Part shown: piece by piece, positions 27,808 through 37,392 of the stretch | Position numbering within the stretch: position 1 is the stretch's first letter | Layout of the letters: each line of letters begins with the position of its first letter | Assembly: GCA_964431895.1 (NCBI GenBank) | Contig: CAYSLM010000001.1 | Location: forward strand, 792 to 64,791 | Length of the DNA stretch: 64,000 bases | Reading direction: 5' to 3' | Source of the DNA: an uncultured Aequorivita sp. | GTDB lineage: Bacteria; Bacteroidota; Bacteroidia; Flavobacteriales; Flavobacteriaceae | Translations under genes and position numbers: made by a program | The notes under the pieces: model-generated | Told to the model about the DNA's origin: nothing | The model's database searches: none | What the model saw: the letters and a program-made list of their open reading frames with translations, nothing else

Positions 27808-30800
27808 TTATGTTTTTGCAGAAGGTTTAAAGATAAGAAGATTCACGTCCTCATAAACGCTCTCATAGCCTAATATACTAATTTTTGGTGTTTCGGATAT
27901 CAGTGTGCCATTAAACAAAATAATAGTATCCACGGAAAGGGCCCCTAACTTTGGAAGCATCTTCTCCAAAAACCCTTGTCCGCCAATTATAATCGCATCC
28001 AATCTATTTGCCAGGATATCTTCCATAGCGTGGCCGAAGGTTAATTTGTACCGCTTTTGGGCGAGAAAACTGTTATTGAGTATGTTTCTCGTTTCGGGAT
28101 TTTTTATATAACTGAAAATCTTCCTGTCGGGGCCGTCAAGCGCCAATAAAAAATCCAGCTGCCCGTCGCCTTTTGAAAGATGTGCAATCCTCGCGTCCTT
28201 GGGCAGGTGGACAAGGATTGTATGGTAGGTGCGGGCATTTGCCTTCAGATCTTTTTTCACTTTTCGGAAAAGCCTATCGCCCTTGTACCGATATTCCTGA
28301 AGCACCAACGGATGGAAATATTTCGGCCCCTCCACCTGCTTTCTCAGATCTGAAAATTCATTTCTGAAATAGGCCCCTACCCTTTTGGCCTGTTGGGTGT
28401 GGCTGTGGCCGAAGGAGTGATCGCCAGCCTTTATACGCGGAAGTATCTTGATGGTGATGCTACCATCGTCAATAATAAAACTGCCTTTCGGGTTTACCTC
28501 ACTGTTGCCGTGGATGAGCACCGGCAAAATATCCAGCCCAAACTCGTTGGCCAGATAAAAGGCCCCTTTGTGGAAGCGTTTAATCTTATTGCTCTGGCTG
28601 CGCGTACCTTCAGGAAAAGCCATTAGGGAATAGCCTTGTTCTATTTTCTTCCGAAGGGGTTCCAGACTGTTCTCAATACCGCTGGAAACCGGATAGAAAT
28701 CCGCCTTTTGCACCGCCTTTCCGAAGATGGGGGAATGGTAAACCCAATCATTTACCAGAAAACAGATTTTTGGATGCAGCATGCCTACAGCCAGAATATC
28801 GAGAAAGGAAGTGTGGTTGGCAATGATAACTGCCGGTTGGGAAAAATCCTCTCCCGGTTCATTGATGATGTTTTTTCGTACAAAAGGATTGGTATAAAGA
28901 ACCGATTTGAAAAATTTCGCAATCATTTGGTGGAACCCTCCCATCTTTAACCGTTTGTTTATTGGCAAAAGGGGCATTATTACCGAAGCGTAGAAGGAAA
29001 GCATAATTCCTCCCAGTCCGAAGTACCCGAACGATAGCAACGAATGCAAGAATTTACGCAGACTCACCGGCCGTTTCCTTGGGCTGCCCATAAAAAGACC
29101 AAACAACAATGGCTGTACGGTAAATGCCGTAACCATGGCCGAAAAGATCCCGATGATGGAAACAATGGAAATGGAATAGAGCGCCGGATGCTTGGCAAAA
29201 ACCAAAACCCCCACGCCCAATATGGTGGTCAAAACAGAGAGCATGATGGAGGTCTTGTGGGTGGCCATCACCCGCTCGCCCGTACGCAGCTCCTTTAGTA
29301 GGCCGCGGGTCATAAAAATGCTATAATCTACCCCCAGCCCAAAGATGAAGGTGGAGATGATGATATTGAAAATATTGAACTGGATATGGAACAACCCCAT
29401 AATTCCAAGCGTAAAAAACCAGGTGAGGAAAATAGGCGCGGCCGTAACCAGGGTAAGCGAAAAACTGCGGAAAAAAGCAAAAAGTACCAGTAGCACGGCC
29501 AGCAGGCAATAGCCTATCAGATTGTTGAAGTCATTTTTAAGGTTGCCCAAAAAGGTTTCGTTCATTTCCTGCCGGTCTATGACGAAGGTATTGGGGATTC
29601 CGCTAAAAGCCTCCTTGATTTCACTGGCCCCATCGTCTTGCAACTTGATCAAGGTGGTTATGGTGGTAAAGTCGGCCTCGGTGGTGATATAGTCTTCCAG
29701 CAGCATGGAGGGCACTTGTTGGTAATCTTCTGGAGTAAGGGTTTTAAAATCCTTGTCCAAAAATGTATAGAAACCCTCAAAGGTTGAAGGCTTAAAGCCG
29801 AGCCTACCACTGCTCTCAACCAAATTTTGTTTTAGGTTATCCTTTCGCCCCTCGTTCCAAAAGCTGTTCCACTGTGCTATGCGCCTGCGCTGGTCGCGCT
29901 GTGAATGCACCAAGGCGCCAATAGAGCTAAAACTTTCAATTTCCCCTTTCTCTTTTAATGATTCAAGCGTCTGGTGGATAGAATCGTTGAGCTGAAGGGT
30001 GCTTTCCACAGACTTGCCATAGGTAGCCAGATAGACCGATTTTGACGAAATATCGGTAAGTTCATCAAGGTGGTCAATGGCCTTCTTTGCTCTTTCGGGC
30101 ATATAGTTGAGTTGGGAAATATCCTTATTGAAAGTAACCTTTTGAAAAGTAAAAATACTTAGAACAAAAACCGCGGCCAGGAGCAGGAGCAACCATTTCT
30201 TCCGGTGAAGGGGATAATCGGCCAACCTGTCCAACACGTTGATTTGTTGCTTCCGCGAAAGCGTATTCCTATAAACCAGCGGGATGAAAAGCAAAGCAAA
30301 TACCGATGCGCCCAAAACACTTACGGCCGCAAAAATACCCAGATCCTGCAGGGCCTGCGACTCGATAAAAAGCAGACAGAGAAATGCCATGGCCGTGGTA
30401 AGGCTACTCATTAAAATAGGCTGGGCCACGTCTTTATATAAACTCTGAAGGGCCTCGTTGTTACGGATATGGGTAAGGATATGCAGCGAGTAATCTAAGG
30501 TTACTCCCAACAGCACCGAGCCTATGCCCAGCGATATGGCCGAAATTTCGCCCCGTATCAAATACAGCAGGGCTACAGCCAGTAAACCGCCAAATATGGT
30601 GGGAACAAATAGTATGATGGGCACATATAGTTTTCGGTAGTACAGGATAAAAACCAGCAATAGCAGTGTGAGCGCAATGCCTACGGTAAACTGGATGTCA
30701 TTCTTTATCTGCCGGGCATTGGCCACGGCAATAAGGGCAGGACCAAAAAATTCGCTGCTTACATGCCCGGCATATTTGGCATCAAGGGCGTCTTGAAGGC

Positions 30801-31500
30801 TATAGAGCTGTTCTGCGAACTTGCCGTTCTCAGCCGTTTCGCTACTTCCAAATTTGGGTGTGATAAAGAGCAGGATGTTTCTTCCGTCGCGGCTAACCAG
30901 AAAACCATCCTTCAAAACAAACTGGTCCGTAATGCCCAGTTGCCTTAATTTCTTCAATGCGATGAAGGAAATTCCCAACGGATCCCTTAAGATCATTTCT
31001 TTTGAAACAATCCCCGAGGGAGAGATCAGTGTTCTGTAATTGGCCTGGGTACGTGCCGAAATACTGTCCTTTGCAAGCCGCTGGGCAATGAGGCCATAAT
31101 CTTCCGCGTCCAAGAGTACGGGCAGGTTTTCATAGACAAAATCAAAGGTGCGTTGCAGGTTGCCTTCATCCACCCTTCCCCTGATGTATTTGATGTATTT
31201 GTTGGAATGGGCTTCCAGACTATCGACCATGTCAGTGGCATAGGCCGTCAGTTTTGCCACCGATGCCGTATCCTTTGACTGGATGTTTACAATAATCTTA
31301 TCGGTAAAGTTTACTGTTTTGAGAACTTTCTCAAAGTCACGATTTTCGGAATTTATGGGAATGAGCTTTGAAATATCCTCCTCAAATCGAATTTTGGTAA
31401 CCAGGAATATCAGGCCGGCCAGCATTAGCAAAAGCATCAGACCACCGATTAACTTTTGCCCATTCAGCCATTTGTAGCTTCTGAAGAAAAACCTATCCAT
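27808..31500 (-). CDS. MMPL exporter fused to a PlsC acyltransferase and a degenerate methyltransferase-like tail
   Basis: Two RND/MMPL halves (GVTLDYS, GLGVDYS), NHTSFLD and FPEGTRS; start moved to ATG 31500. Confidence 0.9.
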   Translation of the reverse strand: MDRFFFRSYKWLNGQKLIGGLMLLLMLAGLIFLVTKIRFEEDISKLIPINSENRDFEKVLKTVNFTDKIIVNIQSKDTASVAKLTAYATDMVDSLEAHSNKYIKYIRGRVDEGNLQRTFDFVYENLPVLLDAEDYGLIAQRLAKDSISARTQANYRTLISPSGIVSKEMILRDPLGISFIALKKLRQLGITDQFVLKDGFLVSRDGRNILLFITPKFGSSETAENGKFAEQLYSLQDALDAKYAGHVSSEFFGPALIAVANARQIKNDIQFTVGIALTLLLLVFILYYRKLYVPIILFVPTIFGGLLAVALLYLIRGEISAISLGIGSVLLGVTLDYSLHILTHIRNNEALQSLYKDVAQPILMSSLTTAMAFLCLLFIESQALQDLGIFAAVSVLGASVFALLFIPLVYRNTLSRKQQINVLDRLADYPLHRKKWLLLLLAAVFVLSIFTFQKVTFNKDISQLNYMPERAKKAIDHLDELTDISSKSVYLATYGKSVESTLQLNDSIHQTLESLKEKGEIESFSSIGALVHSQRDQRRRIAQWNSFWNEGRKDNLKQNLVESSGRLGFKPSTFEGFYTFLDKDFKTLTPEDYQQVPSMLLEDYITTEADFTTITTLIKLQDDGASEIKEAFSGIPNTFVIDRQEMNETFLGNLKNDFNNLIGYCLLAVLLVLFAFFRSFSLTLVTAAPIFLTWFFTLGIMGLFHIQFNIFNIIISTFIFGLGVDYSIFMTRGLLKELRTGERVMATHKTSIMLSVLTTILGVGVLVFAKHPALYSISIVSIIGIFSAMVTAFTVQPLLFGLFMGSPRKRPVSLRKFLHSLLSFGYFGLGGIMLSFYASVIMPLLPINKRLKMGGFHQMIAKFFKSVLYTNPFVRKNIINEPGEDFSQPAVIIANHTSFLDILAVGMLHPKICFLVNDWVYHSPIFGKAVQKADFYPVSSGIENSLEPLRKKIEQGYSLMAFPEGTRSQSNKIKRFHKGAFYLANEFGLDILPVLIHGNSEVNPKGSFIIDDGSITIKILPRIKAGDHSFGHSHTQQAKRVGAYFRNEFSDLRKQVEGPKYFHPLVLQEYRYKGDRLFRKVKKDLKANARTYHTILVHLPKDARIAHLSKGDGQLDFLLALDGPDRKIFSYIKNPETRNILNNSFLAQKRYKLTFGHAMEDILANRLDAIIIGGQGFLEKMLPKLGALSVDTIILFNGTLISETPKISILGYESVYEDVNLLIFKPSAKT

Positions 31501-32686
31501 TGCCCAATACTTTTTTTCGCTGAAAAAGTAGCAGTACTGCATAGCCCAACAAGCCACAAACCACCGCCGCTACACTGGAAAGGATAAAACTGCCCAAAAC
31601 GTATGACTTCAGATATTTTACCAGCTCCATAGAGGGGTCTATCTCGCTTATGGAAAGCACAAAGCTTTCACCCAGCAGCCAACTGCCCAATTTGAGGCTG
31701 ATAAAGATGATGAGTGGAATAAACGGCGGCAGGCTCACATTGGAGAAGGCGAAGGCTATAACTTTATTCAAATTGAGGATAAGGGCCAAAAACAAAACCG
31801 TAACCGTATGAAAGCCCCAGAGCGGGGAGAGCCCAATAAAAACGCCCAGGGCAATGGAAAGGGCCTTTTTTTCGGCTGAATCATCACTGCCCAAAAAATC
31901 CTCGACCAGGAATCGTTTCAGGCCTTTTTTTTTGAGCTTTCGGAAAAGGTCGCGGGGTTTTATATACACTATAGCTACCATGACCAACCAAGTGTTCAGG
32001 ATGCTGATGCGGGTAAAATCCTTAAAAGGCCTAAAGTGCGAAACGCGCCCCTCCAGCTCGTAATGGATGCGGATGGGGATATTCCTCACCTCGATTCCCC
32101 GCCAGGCAGCCTTGACGATGGATTCAATTTCAAATTCAAACTTTTGGGTGTAGTATTTTATATCCTTCATCGCAAAGATGGGATACAGCCTAAAGCCCGA
32201 TTGGGTGTCCTGAAGGCGGATGCCGGTTTCAAACCAAAACCAAAAGTTGGAAAACTTGTTGCCGAAGCTGCTTTTTTTCGGCACGCCCTCCTGGGCCATA
32301 TTTCGGGAGCCAATAAGCAGAAGATTTTTTTCGTCCTCCGTGGCCAAGGCATCCAAAAATAGGGGAATATCCTCCGGGAAGTGCTGCCCATCGCTGTCGA
32401 GCGTAATGGCGTGACGGTACCCCAAGTCCAATGCCCGTACAAAGCCCGCCCTTAGTGCGCAGCCCTTGCCCTGGTTTTCGGGAAAATGGATCTTTTCAAT
32501 TTGCTGATACTGGCCCAATATTTCCGGGGTGGCATCGGTAGAGCCATCGTTTACTACAATAACATCATCGGTATAGACCAAAACGCCCTGTATGACCTGC
32601 TTTAGGGTCTTGCAATTATTGTAGGTGGGAATAATTACGCAACATTTCAGGGATTTGAATTTTTCTGAAAGTAGTTTTTGGTCCAT
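31493..32686 (-). CDS. GT2 glycosyltransferase fused to DUF2062
   Basis: IIPTYNN, VNDGSTD, GKG, LDSDGQH, DTQSGFR; hydrophobic C-terminal domain. Confidence 0.92.
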   Translation of the reverse strand: MDQKLLSEKFKSLKCCVIIPTYNNCKTLKQVIQGVLVYTDDVIVVNDGSTDATPEILGQYQQIEKIHFPENQGKGCALRAGFVRALDLGYRHAITLDSDGQHFPEDIPLFLDALATEDEKNLLLIGSRNMAQEGVPKKSSFGNKFSNFWFWFETGIRLQDTQSGFRLYPIFAMKDIKYYTQKFEFEIESIVKAAWRGIEVRNIPIRIHYELEGRVSHFRPFKDFTRISILNTWLVMVAIVYIKPRDLFRKLKKKGLKRFLVEDFLGSDDSAEKKALSIALGVFIGLSPLWGFHTVTVLFLALILNLNKVIAFAFSNVSLPPFIPLIIFISLKLGSWLLGESFVLSISEIDPSMELVKYLKSYVLGSFILSSVAAVVCGLLGYAVLLLFQRKKVLGNG

Positions 32687-32719
32687 GGGGGAATTTGTCC
32701 TCTTTGTACGCAGATTCTA

Positions 32720-32748
32720 TTAACCACAGAGTCACAAAGCGCACAAAG
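32720..32748. repeat. 9-bp periodic REP-like remnant
   Basis: ttaaccacagag tcacaaagc gcacaaag; shares a 12-nt head with 23672. Confidence 0.55.
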
Positions 32749-32756
32749 CAAATATA
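32749..32756 (-). promoter_or_regulatory. Candidate internal -7 promoter (TATATTTG) for GT2-MMPL-reductase-JmjC-C45-ligase
   Basis: Exact TAnnTTTG match about 62 nt upstream of the GT2 ATG. Confidence 0.5.
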
Positions 32757-32767
32757 GGTTTTAGGTT

Positions 32768-33422
32768 TTAGAATTTGTCACCAGACTTACTTTTTCCTAC
32801 AAGAAGGGAATGGTAATATTTAAGTGCGTTAAGTATAGACTCGGCTTTTGCGGGATCGTCAACACGCATAAATCAACTTATGTTTGTCAAATTTCATTTT
32901 TTTTTCGTTCTTAACGATCGCTACCCAAATATTCACGAAAGCCTTATTATACGAACGCCTTGAAATAGGATGGAATTCATACACATTTGAAAAATCATAT
33001 AGAATGCCTCTATCGGTTGGTTCAATTTGACCTTTCCTCAGCACTTTAAGTCTTAAATAATCCCCCTCAAAACTTGCCCTATACCTTCTTTTAAAAGTGT
33101 CTTCCTCAAAACCGTGCTCATTGATGGTCTAGACAATAAACTCCCGGGTTTCGGCTATGGAATAATTTGGGCTTTCCACGGCAGGCAGGTTTTCCTCAAA
33201 ATATTGTTCCGTGCCATTTTCAAAAACAATCTTTTTTATGGCAGAAACAGGCACTTCATATATGGGCCCCTGCAAGTTGTCCTGCCGGTTATACTGAACT
33301 TTCTCCCTTGTGATTTTGATGATCTTTGCCCGCACCAATTCATCATCCTTCATCAGGAGAATATCCTGCGCAAAGCAATGGGACAACGAAAAAACCAAAC
33401 CCAAGGTGAAGATAAGTTTCAT
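32768..33422 (-). pseudogene. Secreted hypothetical protein disrupted by an in-frame TAG and a 1-nt frameshift
   Basis: ORF 33422-33129 ends in TAG; the same frame stays open to 32859; removing one T near 32872 gives KLIMRVDDPAKAESILNALKYYHSLLVGKSKSGDKF* ending at 32768. Confidence 0.8.
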
Positions 33423-33433
33423 AAGAAATAGCT

Positions 33434-33928
33434 TTAAAATGATTTTTTTTCAGCGTCGTCAAAGCTTTTTGATCCCATCACAAAATCCTTTATGACCCGC
33501 CTTAATCCCGCAGAGGAAACCGACGCATAATTCTTTAAAATAAAATCCTTATCCTCTTCTATATTTTTGTGGTAACCCAGAAACCGGGGCGAGTTTTCCT
33601 GCACACCCAACCGGAGATAGCGGATCTCAAGATTTTCCGGCTCGGCCGCGATAGCTGCTTCAATCAAGCCCACGCCCTCTTTGAAAAACTCCTTTTTATC
33701 GCTCTTCTTTTTGGAAAATCGCGCCTTTAAGGTCAATACTGCGCCTTTATAGGCCAGCAGCACCGGTTTGGATCCCTCGTCCACACCAGCCAGCTGCTCG
33801 CCCAATTCGGTGGCTATGGCGCTGTCCTGCACGGCTTGGGGATAAGTTTCGCGGAGGCTTTTTAAGTCCTGCGCTTGAACCATCGCGGTAGAAAACAGTA
33901 CAATATACAACGCAAATTTTATCCTCAT
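33434..33928 (-). CDS. Secreted helical (TPR-like) hypothetical protein
   Basis: Signal peptide; EIRYLR..VQENSPRFLGY. Confidence 0.8.
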   Translation of the reverse strand: MRIKFALYIVLFSTAMVQAQDLKSLRETYPQAVQDSAIATELGEQLAGVDEGSKPVLLAYKGAVLTLKARFSKKKSDKKEFFKEGVGLIEAAIAAEPENLEIRYLRLGVQENSPRFLGYHKNIEEDKDFILKNYASVSSAGLRRVIKDFVMGSKSFDDAEKKSF

Positions 33929-33964
33929 AAATAACTTATATCAAAATTTAAAATGCCCCACTCC

Positions 33965-34330
33965 TCAAATAACCTTAAAAGTGGCATTCAGTTTTAGGGC
34001 CACCGTGTCGTCAAAACTGGTGGTGTTTTTTACTTTTATTTGGTCATTTTCCTCTGCAATGTCAATCACCAGATTTAGGTTGGGGTTCTTCTCGGGATTG
34101 ATGATGGCCATGAACTTTACATTGGAGGTTACCTTCAAAAAAAGCGATTTCCCACAGGCCTGCTCGGTCAATTCCTTCACCATCTGTATCATGCAAACGC
34201 CGGGCATCACCGGATTTCCGGGGAAATGGCCCTTGAAGATATCATGGTCCTTGTTTAATTGCACCTCGGCTGAAATACCTTCGGAAGTGGGCTGGGTGTC
34301 AATGACTTTGTACAATCCCTCAATAAGCAT
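33965..34330 (-). CDS. 3-hydroxyacyl-ACP dehydratase (FabA/Z hot-dog)
   Basis: IFKGHFPGNPVMPGV motif. Confidence 0.92.
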   Translation of the reverse strand: MLIEGLYKVIDTQPTSEGISAEVQLNKDHDIFKGHFPGNPVMPGVCMIQMVKELTEQACGKSLFLKVTSNVKFMAIINPEKNPNLNLVIDIAEENDQIKVKNTTSFDDTVALKLNATFKVI

Positions 34331-34331
34331 A

Positions 34332-34958
34332 TCAATTGGTTTTTAGATTTTTTAGACCTATGGTAAGTTTTAGGTTCTTGTGCGTAATGGCAACAGAGTC
34401 GGCAAGGTTCGGTGCGGCGGGAAAAAACTCCATGGTCACCCGCTCTTTGGTCTTGGTGGTATTTACGATTTTTTGAAGTTGATGGGCCTGGTTTGACATA
34501 AAGTAAAAATTGAATCCATCGCCACTTTCCGTCTTGTATATCCGCTGGGTAGGCGATTCGTAAACAGCCACCACCTTGGCCTTTTCGGTAAGTAGGATTT
34601 GAAAATCCTCGCGCAGCAGGTTTACCACCATTTCCTTGTCCATATCCTCAAGAATGGCGTGTTTGGTAAAGGTATTGCCGTCCATTTCAAAATCAAACAA
34701 TTTGCTTCCGAATTCGGTGGTAAACACTATCCGGTGGGCCGTGGGGCCTATTTTTTTTATAATCAATATGCCGCTGAAATTCTTTCGGTACAGGTCAATT
34801 TTGGCGCGGTACACGTAATCCCTCTGCGGATTGGAGAAATAAGGATTCTCCACCTCGGTCTGGGTAAAGGCCACTTGCCTGAGCCCTTCGGTGGTGCGCA
34901 AGGAGCAGGATGCCAGCAGGGCTAGCAGCAGTATGTTAATTGTTAAATACCGAACCAT
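34332..34958 (-). CDS. Lipoprotein, possibly LolB-like
   Basis: Lipobox LASC, beta-rich, overlaps the lolA-like gene. Confidence 0.65.
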   Translation of the reverse strand: MVRYLTINILLLALLASCSLRTTEGLRQVAFTQTEVENPYFSNPQRDYVYRAKIDLYRKNFSGILIIKKIGPTAHRIVFTTEFGSKLFDFEMDGNTFTKHAILEDMDKEMVVNLLREDFQILLTEKAKVVAVYESPTQRIYKTESGDGFNFYFMSNQAHQLQKIVNTTKTKERVTMEFFPAAPNLADSVAITHKNLKLTIGLKNLKTN

Positions 34959-35565
34959 CTATGGGCGTGTTGAGTTTGCGATTACTGAAAACTATGCGCG
35001 TAAAATCCTGCGAGGGCTCTACCATCTTTACTTCAAAAACCTGGGCATCATCCTTGTTGAAAAGCAGTTGGAAAGAGGCTATATAATCTGCAATTTTCAT
35101 GTCCTTCGGAATAAAAACCGCCTTGTTGTATTTTGAAGATTTAAAGAAGGAAACCGTAAAATCGGCATCGTTGAACATATTGCCCTTTACGCTGTTTACG
35201 ATAAGTTGGTTCAATTTTTTGAAGAGCTTGCTGTTGCCTATGTCCACCTTGCTCTTGGTGCCGCCATCATTTATGAGCAGTTGGTCCTGCTTAAAAATCA
35301 CACTGTACTGGTAAGGGTGGGTATATTCCCATTTCACCAAGTTGGGCGCTTTAAATACCATATTCCCGGAGGTCTTGACGTCATTGGCCAAAAAATCGAG
35401 GTGTTTGTACTGCACAAAATCGGTCTTGATGGTCTTGGTGGCTTTGGCCGAAGCAATTACCTTTTCCTTGAAAGCGGCTATTTCCGAAGCATTCATCGCG
35501 GTTTCCTGCGCTTGGATGGAACCGCCAATGGCCATAAAAAGAAATAAAAGTAAATAATTACGCAT
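34936..35565 (-). CDS. LolA-like periplasmic carrier
   Basis: Signal peptide; DFVQYK, SGNMVFKAPNLVKWEYTHP, FTRIVFSN. Confidence 0.85.
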   Translation of the reverse strand: MRNYLLLFLFMAIGGSIQAQETAMNASEIAAFKEKVIASAKATKTIKTDFVQYKHLDFLANDVKTSGNMVFKAPNLVKWEYTHPYQYSVIFKQDQLLINDGGTKSKVDIGNSKLFKKLNQLIVNSVKGNMFNDADFTVSFFKSSKYNKAVFIPKDMKIADYIASFQLLFNKDDAQVFEVKMVEPSQDFTRIVFSNRKLNTPIDGSVFNN

Positions 35566-36334
35566 AGGCTTCCGTTTCAAGCAAACGATCTACCGTGACC
35601 GACTGCAGTTTGTGCGACTGCAAATTTAACAATAACCGTTCCAATACGGCAACCGTTTTTGCGCTGCTGTCATGGAGCAGGATGATATCGCCTTTTTTTA
35701 AATCTGAAGTTATCCGTTTCAGTATTTTTTCTTCGGAAAGTCGGGTGGTATCGAAGCTGCGCTTGCTCCAGCCAATCGATAAATGGCCAGTCTGTTTCAA
35801 CGCTTTTTTTATGTTGGGGTTGGTAACACCATAGGGCGGACGGAACAGTTTCGGTTCCTTGCCGGAAATCTGCTTCAGGATTTCATTGGCCCGAAGCAAT
35901 TCCGAAGCAACTTTTTCAGCAGAAAAAAAACCAAAGTTTCGCGCGTGCGAGTACGAATGGTTGCCAATAGTGTGTCCCTCGGCCAAAAGCTGCCGGACCA
36001 GTTGGGGATGGGTTTCGGCGTTTTTTCCTATTAAAAAAAAAGTGGCCTTGGCATTGTACTTTTCCAAAAGCGATAATACCTGCGGTGTAACCTCGGCATT
36101 TGGGCCATCGTCAAAGGTGATGGCCACCCAATTGTGGGAAGTTTTGTAATTGTGGTTTGCCGATTGAAGGTGGTAGTTCCATTTTATTTGAAAGGAACCA
36201 ATGGCCGTAACCACAAGCCACAGCAGCACGAAGAGTACATAAAGCCAGGCCGGCACATCGCCAAAATATCCTGCCAACAGCAAGCCGAAAAAGATTGCCA
36301 ATGCCACGGCATTTATGGTGTAGAACCTCAACAT
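35558..36334 (-). CDS. Membrane-anchored polysaccharide deacetylase (CE4)
   Basis: TFDDGP, HSYSH, FRPPYG, LLHD; two N-terminal TM helices. Confidence 0.92.
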   Translation of the reverse strand: MLRFYTINAVALAIFFGLLLAGYFGDVPAWLYVLFVLLWLVVTAIGSFQIKWNYHLQSANHNYKTSHNWVAITFDDGPNAEVTPQVLSLLEKYNAKATFFLIGKNAETHPQLVRQLLAEGHTIGNHSYSHARNFGFFSAEKVASELLRANEILKQISGKEPKLFRPPYGVTNPNIKKALKQTGHLSIGWSKRSFDTTRLSEEKILKRITSDLKKGDIILLHDSSAKTVAVLERLLLNLQSHKLQSVTVDRLLETEAYA

Positions 36335-37392
36335 TTTTTCAGTAATACAAGACTGTGGTTTTGGCCTCGGTATTGGTTGTAGCACAAAACGGTCTCGATT
36401 TTTTCAGACGCTTTGCCCTTCATTTTTACAATGTCGGGGATGCGCTGTGTTTTCAATATTTTTGAAGCCAGCCACACCCCAAAGGCCGAAACCGTGTTGT
36501 TCTCGCCCACCAAATGTTTGTAATAAAGCTGTTGTGTTTGGGGGAAAAGTGCTCGGGAAAGTTCGCTGTAATACACGTCAAAATCCACATCGCCGTTGTT
36601 GCCCAGAACGACCGCGTCAATGGCCTCGGGGTTTAGGTTGTTTTCTTCCAAAAAAGCTTGTACGGTAGCCGAAACCTTTTCTTTGGAAAGCGAGTTAAAG
36701 GTTTCCACGGCAAGCAATTCGGCATAACAACTTTCGGTCTTTTCGTTGGAAACCACAAAGAAATTGGCGCCCTCGCTAAATACGGCACCTTGGGTTTTAG
36801 ATTCCAAAACCTCCGCAACGGAAACGGGTTCTGGCTTTATGTGGTCTATGAGGCGGTGTACTTTGGTGGTGTGCTCGCCCAGTTCCTCCACCCCGCCCAC
36901 AAGGATATGCCGGGCCTCGTCATTTTGGAGCTGCAGGTGGGCATCGAGCAGGGCCGATTCAAACGAAATGGCCGAATGTACGTAGGTGAAATTATAAGCC
37001 TTGCACTCCATGCCAAGGGCAATCTGCCCCGCCACGGTATTGTGGGTGCTCTGGATAAAGGAGGTGGGCGTCAAATACTGCTCATTGTTATCAATAATAG
37101 CGCTCACAAACTTTTCTGAATCGATCATACAGCCCATCCCGGTCCCGGTAATGATGGCATCCACGGTTTCAATGCTGGCCTCGTCCATCGCGATCTTGGA
37201 GGCTACCACGCCCATTTTGATGCCCTTGGCCATTCGCCTTGCCGCTGCGGGCGGAATGTACTGTTTGTAACTGGGATCTTGGGCTAAGATTACGGTGTCT
37301 TTATAATCAATGATTTCATCCAGAAAAACACTGTTGTCAAAGGTTTTTTGTGGCGAAATGGAAGCTATGCTATTGATGTAAACTCTTTTCAT
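36328..37392 (-). CDS. Ketosynthase chain-length factor (no catalytic Cys)
   Basis: KS fold (PTSFIQSTHN, EGANFF), but VHSAISFES where the Cys is expected; coupled to the KS upstream. Confidence 0.85.
   Translation of the reverse strand: MKRVYINSIASISPQKTFDNSVFLDEIIDYKDTVILAQDPSYKQYIPPAAARRMAKGIKMGVVASKIAMDEASIETVDAIITGTGMGCMIDSEKFVSAIIDNNEQYLTPTSFIQSTHNTVAGQIALGMECKAYNFTYVHSAISFESALLDAHLQLQNDEARHILVGGVEELGEHTTKVHRLIDHIKPEPVSVAEVLESKTQGAVFSEGANFFVVSNEKTESCYAELLAVETFNSLSKEKVSATVQAFLEENNLNPEAIDAVVLGNNGDVDFDVYYSELSRALFPQTQQLYYKHLVGENNTVSAFGVWLASKILKTQRIPDIVKMKGKASEKIETVLCYNQYRGQNHSLVLLKKC

Noticed and set aside
33129-33131. Pyrrolysine or programmed readthrough at the TAG
   Set aside because: A second lesion (frameshift) lies downstream, no pyl genes are present, and TAG is an ordinary stop elsewhere in the window.
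36328-37392. KS without catalytic Cys as a pseudogene
   Set aside because: This is the expected chain-length-factor subunit of aryl polyene type II PKS; the frame is intact and coupled to an active KS.
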